DNA of 64,000 nt from Ylistrum balloti (Eukaryota). Shown here piece after piece: positions 53,519 to 64,000 of this stretch. The stretch spans positions 186,001-250,000 of the forward strand of contig NW_026782246.1 of assembly GCF_031769215.1 (NCBI RefSeq), given 5' to 3'. Position numbers and translations under genes: made by a program. The notes beneath the pieces were generated by a model. The model was not told the origin of the DNA and searched no databases. It saw only the letters and a list, made by a program, of their open reading frames with translations. The stretch's first letter is position 1. Every line of letters starts with the position of its first letter.

Positions 53519-55202
53519 TTAGCTATTAAGCAGAACTCCCATAAAGCTGGAGTCATGATCCACCATCTGCCCACTGTTGTCACTGATCCAAATCCTGTCG
53601 CCTGTTGCCAGTCTGAGGACCACGGTGGCGGAGCATGCGCTGTACTGTATAGAGGCACTGCAATACATATTCACTTCCGGTACGCCATTTTTCTGGATAT
53701 CCGTGTCGAGTTTTTGACCCGCGAAGACATTATACATACTGGCACTGAACAGGTACATGCCGTCCACGGGTGCTGTAAAAATGCCTGTTGCTGTATCAAA
53801 TGCGTTTCCATAGTTGGTGATCTCCGTCCGGAATTTGACGACATCTCCGACTCCGGGACTTAGATCGACATTGCCATTGTTTGTTGCTTTCACAGTGAAG
53901 GCAATATCGTTGCCAACTGAAACAGTAGGACAATATTTATTTCGTTAAAGTCTTAATAAAATAGCATTCAAAAATAGCTTTGATCTTTCACCGGAATAAC
54001 TTTTGGATTAGAATATGAAAACTTAAAAAAAAAGAAATGATATTGAAGCGATGTTCATCTTATTATCACATAAGTAATAAGATAGTGATACTATACTCTT
54101 GCAAAGAGGATTTTCCAAATACGGTACAGACATGAAGTAAAATTGCCAACAAGAAGAAAAAACATGAAATATGTCTCATTAACGAAAATCTATGTTCCGA
54201 CATTGCACTCTGTGTAGTCTGGTCTATTTCTGACTCATTTTACACCAACAGGTAATGGATATTCTTCTGTACGAAACACTATATTGCCAAGCCATGTATG
54301 TTTTTAATGCATCAACACAGTGTAATCATTTCTCAAGAAGTCTTTGGGTTGGAATCGAGGATGAAATAAATTTTCTTTTAACATTCGACATATTTTTTTT
54401 TATATAAAAAAGCAACTAACGATGTATTCAAAATATAACAATCAATAGGGTTGCGCTCATCCATGTAAATTTCTCCTACGCGTAAACAAAAGAAACATTT
54501 TAAAAGGACTTTATGATACAGGAATAATAGTACAAACCAAAACTAATTAAAGGACAAGTGTTTCTACATGTATAACCAAACCAACAAAATAAACAGGTTC
54601 GCTCTGGAATATACAGGTTATGGAGTTAACACTCTTCGTAACCTTTTGGAAAGCTACCGGTAAGGCATTGGGAAGCCACATGTAACTTAGTGAAAAGCCA
54701 GGAGTCATTTATCTATCTTCCGCCGGATGTAGAGCAAATGAAATTGAATGACATCACAGTTTTCCTAAAACGTTAATCAACAATGGCGTTCACCAAGCGT
54801 TCCGTTTCTAATACCGGTATTGCAGTAAAATGTACATATCAATTGAAAATTGTCGAAATCAAAGGATTTAATTTGTGTTCACGGGCATCTTTGATAATGT
54901 AATTATTGTTAGAACTTAAGGAAATGTTTCATCATTGTTCAGGTTTTGAATCAACTTACAAGGACAGCAAACAGACACGCACTTAAAATCAGTATCCATC
55001 TAGAGTCCGTTAAAAGCGTGAGGATAGTAAGTAAATTTGAAAAAAAGTATATATTGAAATATAATATTATTTACCAGTAAATACCACTAAAGTATACTAT
55101 TTCACCCAGACCTCTGTAACATTTTGATTCACACTTATACTCACCACTCTGTCCGTAAGCACAAGAGACCAATACCCCAGCAATCAATATTATCAGAGAC
55201 AT
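53519..55202 (-). CDS. Secreted globular C1q-domain-containing protein 1 (about 151-155 aa)
   Basis: Signal-peptide exon 55202-55145 (MSLIILIAGVLVSCAYGQS), optional 12-nt microexon 55086-55075, and gC1q exon 53916-53519 (IAFTV...FRTEITNYGNAFDTATGIFTAPVDGMYLFS...GDRIWI...SSFMGVLL). Confidence 0.9.
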
Positions 55203-56100
55203 GCTTCCAACTCCGCTGTCCTACCAAATATGCTTTATAAACGGTCAGAAAGACCTACATATTAAAACTTCTACCTGTAAACACAATCACAAGCAAGACC
55301 CGGAACACATAAATCAAGAAATCCACGAGGCCATCAAGATAAAATTTTGCAGAAAGCTATCGCAGTCTAGTTGTCACGATTTAAGAGTCGTTCTCTTCTT
55401 TGGAATATTTTTCTCAAAAGTGTCTGTTATTAAAAAAAATTATCGAAATGGTCTAGACTTTCTGTGTTGGAACCATAACTTTAATATGTCAATTAAATGG
55501 ATGCAGTGTTGGTAGACGTCACAATTCGTTGCACTAACAAGACTTTGACCAGCTTTACCCCGAATTCGGTCACTCCGATTTCGGTTAATGCTTTAGACGT
55601 TTCAGTGAGATATTAAAGGGCATCGTTCTATCAAAGGTTTTCACATAACTTGTCGTTATTGATGAATAAATCAACGCGTTGTTGGGCTGGGATGAAAAAT
55701 TGTTATCAATAAATCGAATTGATGACATCCCTGTTGACACATCAAGGGCAGAACGATCTTTTTATAGAACTTATATTAAAAAAGTGGGAAACACAGCATA
55801 CATAAATTATGAAATACAATGGATTGAAGGATTACGAATACATCGGAAAATTTACAGGGTACTTTATCTAAGTCTTACAGAGCCTTTGTAAGAGACTGTG
55901 AAGAGGTTGTTATCGAAAAGCTTGCCCCAGATCGAAATCTCTATTTACTCTTAATAAATATATGTATTTCTGATGTATACCCAAGGTTCATCACATCCTA
56001 AAGGGTTGATGTCCGACCGACAAAGGTGTGAAGGAAGGTATCATTTATTGTGAAGCGTTCAACCATCGACACAATATTCCAACTTCGTCTCCAAACAACC

Positions 56101-57425
56101 ATGCATGCCGTGGAGGTATTCACTGCTGTCAGTTTCCTTTTGCTTGGCTCTCTTGCTAACATCCAAGCCTCGGCGCTACCTGCTGTTAGGCTCTCAGGTA
56201 AAAATCCAATCTGTTTTCCGTTTTTGATAATTATTCATGTTTTATTTTCATATGACGTGTGTCATTTCAAATTTTTGCGTCAATTGTACTGTGATTGCAA
56301 AATTAAAGTGTAAAACTCGATCCTTGTTTGAAGCAATTCGTTTTACCCAGGAAGCTGAGGTCTTGCACAGTCGCGATCAGGCTTTTGTCCTTGGGCAAAC
56401 ATTCTACTCAATTTGCTCAATATAACATGTGCGGACCTCCCGCATGTCTTTCAATTAGGTAGTCAACCAAAACTATTACAAGGAGACCCGTGATTAGAAA
56501 TGTTGTGAACATGTCATTTTACATTATTGTTTCTCTTTAACATTTGAATATAATTACCAAACACAACGATGAGATGTCAAAACCGTAGGTAAATACTGAT
56601 GATAACAGCATTTTACGGACTTGAAATCACATATATTTTTTCAACACTGTAAACAAGATTAATACTGAATGTCTCCATTCTTTAAGTTAAGGATTGTCTT
56701 TAGGTATTCAGTATCGTCTAGTACACATCCACTATCTAGTCACAGCTTATACTGTGTGATGCTTCTCTACGTTCTTTAAAACCTTTTTTTTTTATCGAAA
56801 ACGACATTTACAGCTTCTTTAACGAAAGATTTAGGTTAGGAAAAACGTTCTATTTAATCATCAGGGAGAAAAAAACTACTTGCAGAGGTACTTTTTGATT
56901 TTACTATAACACAGTGTAAAATGTAGATCGACAATTTAACAATAAACCATAAATCATATAAGTGTAAGAACAATATTTAGAAAACCTTTACTCGACCGTC
57001 AAATATCCGTTGTTTTCTTCTCTTTCGCAGTGTCCGACAGTATTGCTTTCACCGTCAAGGCTGGAGACGCCCACCTGAATCCAGGAGTGTCACATCCCAT
57101 ACAATTCCAGAATCACATTACGAACCAGGGAGGCTACTATGAAAACTCTACTGGCAAGTTCCTGGCGCCATTTAGCGGCCTGTACATGTTCAGTGCTAGT
57201 CTTTTTAACGTTTATGCTGGCAAGAAATTGGACACGGACATTGTTAAAAACGGCGTTCATACAGTAAACGTATATTGTAGCGCTTGGCTAGCAGACTCCG
57301 CGTGCTCGGCCTCTGTCGTGATAAGACTAGAGGAGGGTGACCATGTGTGGGTGGAGGATGTCAGTGGACAAATGGTCCACCGTGACTCCACTTTCACTGG
57401 TGTTCTCCTCAAACGATACGACTAA
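56101..57425 (+). CDS. Secreted globular C1q-domain-containing protein 2 (163 aa)
   Basis: Exon 56101-56197 (signal peptide MHAVEVFTAVSFLLLGSLANIQA) and exon 57031-57425 (IAFTV...ITNQGGYYENSTGKFLAPFSGLYMFS...GDHVWV...STFTGVLL); phase-1 GT-AG intron. Confidence 0.92.
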
Positions 57426-58329
57426 GTGTATAATCTGACGGGACCTGGTTAATCGGGACTCTGGTTATATATCTTCACAAAGCAATTCCTTTTGATGCCA
57501 AGATCACGATTATTTCGAATTTTAAGTTTTTTCTCAAATGTTTATAAAATAAAATCTTTGTGTGTATTTTGTGTCATCTTTCTTTTTTTTCCAAAGAAGG
57601 ATTTACACAGATGTCCTTTTACATGAGATGAAAGTCTCATTATGCTTAGAGCTACGATCTCCAAATGTAAATGTGTATTTGTAGATAGATTCCGCATAAC
57701 TATCGTTAAATAGCAATTCTAATATCTTTTCATGCGGCAATGTCTTATTTGTTTGGCTGTTGCCGAACAAAAAAGCTTTTTTTTTCTCTCTTTGACATCC
57801 TATTCTAGGATGTAATCATTATTGCTCCCAGCACCTCATTACTCCAGGGGTACGCTCAGTATCGCTGTCTGCACCCTTTAAACATTTCATAACAAATGTG
57901 AAGGTTCAATGTGCGACACCTTGTGAATAAGACAAGAAGACTAGTTTAACCCTTCGATGGACTTAAAACTAATCTCGTTGTCGCAAAACGGTATGTTGTA
58001 CTAGATTCGAAGTTGGGTGTCGCTCTTTTGTAATCTTCAATTATTTGACATTTTTTTTCAAAGCCTTCGATAATAATGACTTCTATCATCAGCGTTGGTA
58101 TCCACCTTTTGGAACACCTGGTCTTATTATTTATTCCTGTACTTTTCTTAAAATGTTCCATATATGCATATATCTCATTTCGATCACACTTTCCACTCAG
58201 TCCATTGATTTTAAGATACAATATAATGATCAAGAACAATGCTTCTGTGAACAAAACAAAATGTCCACATATTTTTACAAAAATATGATCCTGTTCATCA
58301 GAAATATTTACCACTAAAGAGATCATTTT

Positions 58330-59560
58330 GAAATTTAACCCATAATCTTGATTTATGATATTTCATAGTGACTACTCTTTAAACTCCTAAGAATGTTTTA
58401 TCTATCATATCGTAGCTTAATTTATCAGCTATGTGATAAAGATTTTACCTGGACCTAGATGTTTGATTTTGCATCATTCACTCAAGTTAGATCAACATTG
58501 CTCCATCGTGTCATGAAATATGAACCAGTTTTAAGTCTTAGAAACTGACCTTTAATAACGAAATTGAGAAGTAGTTTAGTAAATTGGCCGTAACTTATCA
58601 CCATGTCTTGGCAAATGCGTTTGATCAGCTTGGATTCACAACACTACAACAAATCTAATACCAGTAAAATTTTTCTAGGTTTTTTATTCTGACCTCTGAC
58701 CTGACAACACTGACGTGCAATAAGATGACTTTCAAGTTTTAACAATTTCAGAATATATCAGTTTTGATCCAAAAGTGATGGCAAAGAAAAAAACAAGAAA
58801 AAAAAATGAATATATTGGATCATTTATCTTGAACTAGCTATAACACAAACCTAACTACACAGCACTTTGGGGTGATGCATGTACAGTTTAATTCTAATGA
58901 ATCAATTCATAACCATTCAAAAGTTGGACAAGTCTTCAGTGCAAATTAGGCACTTATTTGGCCTTTGACCTTGATGTTAAAATCGCAGTGACCTAATTAC
59001 ACGACACTTTACAGAACACTGGGTGATACATATAAGGTTGAAGTTGCACTAATAAATCTTTAATAATTCAAATGTTATTGGCTGTAGAACAGTTTTACTT
59101 TCATTGCACCATCAGGCGGATGTTAAGGGTAACTTTCCTCACATGACACTGCAAGTCAGTGCCAGAGAAGAAAAACCAGTGCTGATACTAATGTATTATC
59201 TCTTTTTCTGTACCGTAAGAGATAGGGCTTTCATATTTGGCATGTATGTTCTTCGTGACATTGACCTGAACATCTGACCTACATATGAACAATTTATATC
59301 ATTGGTCATAACCATTGCATCATAAGAGGTATGGCTTTCATATTTGGCATGTGTGTTCCTTGTGACAAGACCTTTCTGGTGGTACCACTTTTGACCATAT
59401 GACCTTGACCGTGACCTTTGACACTTTGACCTTTGACCTACATTTGAAAGTAAAAAAAAAAAAAACAGTTTTAATGTCACACTTCAGAAATTTGTTGCAA
59501 CCGGGAGGATAGTGTTTCATAATACATCTTCTTTTCTCTTCTTTCAATCTCTCATGAACA
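58330..59560. repeat. Satellite-bearing non-autonomous element (TGACCTTGACCTTTGACC-type subrepeats; Helentron/HINE-like)
   Basis: Two tandem units starting AGAG(A/G)TA(G/T)GGCTTTCATATTTGGCATGT at about 59217 and 59325; GACCTTGACCGTGACCTTTGACACTTTGACCTTTGACC at 59401-59439. Confidence 0.6.
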
Positions 59561-61029
59561 TGCAGGATATGTTGTGAATGTACTAATCGTGAGTAAATTC
59601 TCTACAGACATATAATGTACAATTACTTATGTAAACCTCTGGTTTGATAGATGTCACACTGTAGAATATGTCAAAACAATAAAAAAAATATACTTTGATG
59701 GTTTTGGAAAAACATATCTTTATTTCAGAGAAAAAATATATCACTGACAATTAAAATGAATGTATATCTTACATGTTGATAGAAAATAACAAATTTCATC
59801 CTCAGAAATCATGTACCCTATAATCCATGGTATTAACAATAATAAATTAGACACAGCAAAAATGTGGAAAGTGAATATTGTCTAACAGCATAAGGCTGTG
59901 TAGAGAGTTTCTATTATAATACATGCAAATGCACATTGAATTACTTCCCTTCCCCCCGGCAAATGCTAATTCTAGTTCATACAAATTTTTAACAAAAATC
60001 AAAATTTGTAGTTTTTCCTACAAACTAGAACACAATATATACATTATATTTCAATGCTATTATTGCCATGAAATGAGTTTATCTACAAACATCTGTATAC
60101 TTCTTGTATCAAAGATCATTTAGAAATTTTTCTGTAAACAATAACTACACTGCTGTTCAGCAAGCTAAAGTATATTGCATGCTGAAAACATGTCTGGAGT
60201 CACAAGAAGAGATTCGAACCCAGTCCTAAAGTCATAAGAGACAAAAAATGATGAAATTATCTTCGGACATATCTATGGAAGGATTTTCGTGCATATTTTG
60301 TTATCTATGTTAAAGAAATGGACTTCACTCCTAGCAGTCCGTGGTAATTATCTACATATATATATATATACTGTACTTCCTTTTGATCACAGGGGCTATG
60401 CACAAATTTCTAACCAAAAAAACCCCATATATTTGTGTTATAAGCAGATTAGGGGTACGTTTATTGTAAATTTATATCATGTCTGTCTATTGTCCTAAGT
60501 TCATAATTTCCTTTTAATATAATATACTGCTTTCATGTTGTTTTAACAAATAAGAAAATTAATCTGTAACACAGCTGTATATTTGTAAGCAATTCTTAGT
60601 TTTCCACTACCTGTTAAATTTCAGTACCAAACATGAACAAAGGGCCAAAACTCTATCATTGCTAAGCTTAATTCACATGGCAGTATCAGTCACTTGAGTG
60701 ATTCTTGTGTTTAAATATTGTCAGACATGAAGCAGTAATCATGAATAAAGAAATGTTGGTCATGACTTGATATGACTGATATACTAATTAATTGATAAAC
60801 GTAAACCGACAGTCTGATGCTGTAATATAATGAATTTGTATCATCTATATGCTTCACAAGTTACACGTACCTACAGATCAGAAAAGTAACAATAACAAAA
60901 GAAATATGTTTGTAGAAAGAATGAGTCCTAACAAAACCACTAGGAAGTATGCTACTGATGACTTGCTGAAGGTATTGAAATTATAGTAAGTCACAATGGT
61001 CTAATATTGATGATATTATGTTTTTTAAC

Positions 61030-61170
61030 ATTGCTTTATGTTCTATTAATAGCTAGAGTCATTTAAGGATTTTCCAGGTTTGGGTGGGGGAGGAAAGCCG
61101 GAGTTCCCGGCAAAAAAAAACAACCTGCGGCCAGAACCCAGCAACTGCCCGCATATACATCTAGAACCTT
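61030..61170 (-). mobile_element. 5'-truncated copy of the same SINE family
   Basis: Reverse complement reads TGGCCGCAGGTTGTTTTTTTTTGCCGGGAACTCCGGCTTTCCTCCCCCACCCAAACCTGGA...AAATGACTCTAGCT, matching the core at 27380-27440. Confidence 0.65.
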
Positions 61171-63938
61171 GTGATTTTATGGCAGTTTGATGAAAAATTA
61201 TTTTAGGTTGCAATAGGAAATGGGATGTTTTGATGTAATACACTTAACTGACATATTATTGTGATACTACAACGTCACATGTGGGGCTCCAACAACAGAC
61301 CTGACAATAGAACCATTTTAAAAACTATTAAATCAATTCATTTTTGAAATGCAACCATATTTAACAATACATCAAATTTCTGTAAATCATCATAAACACC
61401 ATTTACCATTATATGAAAAGGAACAAATTTTCAGAAATGTGTAATTTGTTCACAAAAAATGTAAAAGACTTAAGTAAATTATCGATTAATCTTTGAACTT
61501 TTCATTTCCAAATTGACTTATCTAATTAACTGAAGTTTTCTAAAAACAGAAAATTTCTCCAAATATCTGTTCACATCTAAACACAATTATCAATGATCAT
61601 TAACAAATGCAAGAGTGCATATCAAAATGTTTTGTTAAAATCTGAAGCTTCATAGCTGATGCCAAACAGTTGTCATGGGAACAAACCCCACCTGAGCTCA
61701 TTAAAATTATATGTGTGCATCGAAATAGTTTTAAAAGTCAGAAACATTTTTGAAACCACCATCTTCAAACACATAAGTAAACAAGATTTTCTAAAACTCT
61801 TTTTTTTCTTGTAGATTTTGCCAAAATCATCTCAACTTACACATCCAAAATGATCACATTTGGAAAGTTTACCCGGAGACTTTTTCAAACTTACTGATAT
61901 AATACATTTTTCCTTTAATTTATTCATTATAAAATAACTCATCCTTTGTTTAAGAATTGTAAAATAGACTTGCTAACATTCTTTAAAAAAAAAAAATCAA
62001 TTAGAATTAAAAATAATAAAACAAAAGATATTCAAACAGATCTTTAAAATTGAAATAAAGGCATCAGAAGGTCCATGATATTATAAATACATTATCAGGT
62101 ACATATCTTCACTCATAAAAAACTTAACTATAAAAATACAATACATGTAGATATCACAAAAAAGGTGAACAAAGCCTACAAACTCAAAAAAATAAAAATG
62201 AAGAAAAAATTATTACATTCAGAAAGTGTCTATACTATTAGCCTAACACTAACAATGAAGGGGACAGTGGAGGGGGACAAGGCCTTTTTTTAGTTCTTTG
62301 TAACTTAAGAGATGGCATTGGTGAGGGGGGTGGGTGGGTGGGTAGGCATTTCTTTTAACTCCTAGAGAGTGAGGGAGGGAGGGGCTGGGAGGTGGTGGAG
62401 TGGAAGTGGTGGGGTTATTATAGGACAATTGCATTGGTTTATAATCTCAATGAACAGGAATATACATGGATGGGATTATTATCATCTTATCTCTATATTA
62501 GCATAGAAATAGAATACCCATTTACCAATCGGTGAGCTATATAAGATAAGGAGTATAACATTTTACGAACAATCTATGACATCATTACCCAAAAAACTAA
62601 CAAAACATCATCTGATACGCTATGTAGAAACAAAGTTTACTTTAATACATTGTTATTCCTGTAACACACCAATTGTTACTGGTTTCCAACTAGATATAAT
62701 ATCAACTATCTTCATGGAATAAACATTGAACAAAACGTATCAGAGAATTCACCTAGTAAGTGAAATACTGTTTGTATTTACTACAAATTAACAACCACAT
62801 ATCTCTAACATCGTCATAATTTAACTTTGATACAAATACACCCACAATAAATTAATATCAATATGCTGCTGGCAACATTACAGGTTTAAACTCTATTTCA
62901 TTATGACTTCTATATATAGTAACTGTACTGCACATAACATGTATATCTCATACATAAACATGTAACTGTGATATAAAAATGTACACAGCATACTTACAGC
63001 ACTGTAAAGTCAATTTAAGGTTAATTGGTTTTGTCTGATAGTTTAAAATCTGAAAGACTTTGAAGCAAAAATAATACGTTTTTTGCAGCAATTTTGGAGC
63101 ACATCAGTTTTCTTCTCAACAGTGAACTTCTGAAGGTATCTGCATCTCTAAATTTGTTCTATTATATTTTCAATGCAGCATAAGTTAAAACTCCTCGAAT
63201 TTAATAAGAAATAATAAATGTGTGTCCCATAAAAGATATCACATGCTATGAAATAAAGAGTGATTACAGAATGAAATTCCATTATATTTAAAATATTTAC
63301 ACACACAAAAAAATCTAAGTTACGTGTATCGATATGAATGCTTGATTTTACAGCATAAATGTATGGAGACATGATGTTTATTGTGTACTGTTTAAAAATG
63401 TAAACATTGTTTTATGTTCAATACAATATCATGACACAAATTACTACCTTAATCACAGATATCCAGGACATAGTAACATTTTATAAAGAGTCCTAATGTT
63501 GACTGCTTTTCTTGATGTTAACATTAGGGAATTCTTTTTTCCACGCTTCTACACAGGGAAAGTCTATTGACATACAGAAGGACACATCAAACATGGTCAA
63601 TTTTGTACAGTTCTGCAGAACACTGAAACAAACAAAAACATGCCTTTCATGAGAAGAAACAGAATTATTTTTTTTTAATTCACAATACACATAAGGCATG
63701 AACTAAAATCTTTTTTTGTAGGATTTTTCAGTATTTCTATAACAGAATTTTCATATTTTTAATGATTCAACCAAGAAATATAATGAGCTTACAAAACATC
63801 ATGGAGTCCAACAAGTCCTAAACTCAAGTAAAAAAAATCACAAACTACCATTATAATTACAGCAAATATATTTGGAAATTTGGTTTTTTCCAAACTGACT
63901 TACATTTTCTGTTATATCAGAACTATGCCTAAAAGGAA

Positions 63939-63998
63939 CTAGTCATCTTTAAGAACTTGATACTGACCCATATACGGCCTCTCGAGAAACCTCCCGTG
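63939..63998 (-). CDS. Possible C-terminal coding end of a minus-strand gene extending beyond the window (HGRFLERPYMGQYQVLKDD*)
   Basis: GC-richer final 60 nt with one plausible open frame ending in TAG, followed by about 4 kb of 3'UTR-like sequence down to a minus-strand AATAAA near 59720. The frame cannot be confirmed. Confidence 0.3.
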   Translation of the reverse strand, partial: HGRFLERPYMGQYQVLKDD

Positions 63999-64000
63999 TC

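Noticed and set aside
1-64000. CRISPR arrays, rRNA, operons or other prokaryotic systems
   Set aside because: None seen. The Ldh_2 genes have 11 conserved spliceosomal introns, so they are neither contamination nor recent bacterial transfer.

Overview
AT-rich, intron-rich animal genomic DNA. It is most likely a bivalve (oyster-like), inferred from the C1q-domain genes and the repeat families; the species cannot be determined from the sequence. All gene models were built by hand from GT-AG sites and reading-frame continuity. (1) 0.9-32 kb: a cluster of four Ldh_2-family (type-2 malate/L-lactate dehydrogenase, YjmC/ComC/AllD/DpkA fold) oxidoreductase genes. One partial minus-strand copy has a possible mitochondrial presequence and sits head-to-head with three complete 12-exon plus-strand paralogs (A 361 aa, B 356 aa, C 363 aa). 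Their active-site motifs differ, B carries a duplicated poison-like exon, and C has two alternative last exons. (2) 13.2-16 kb: a dead PIF/Harbinger-ISL2EU-like DDE+SWIM transposon between A and B. (3) 33.6-50.8 kb, minus strand: a 23-exon single-pass receptor with a large Cys-rich/beta-sandwich/FN3 ectodomain and a tyrosine pseudokinase domain (no HRD, no DFG). It has a candidate alternative-donor or intronic-polyA switch to a secreted ectodomain. (4) 53.5-57.4 kb: two divergently transcribed secreted C1q-domain genes. (5) Three copies of a minimal type-I hammerhead ribozyme motif of the Penelope-like kind, plus SINEs, a dispersed non-autonomous repeat, satellite-type repeats and the probable 3' end of another minus-strand gene at the right edge.
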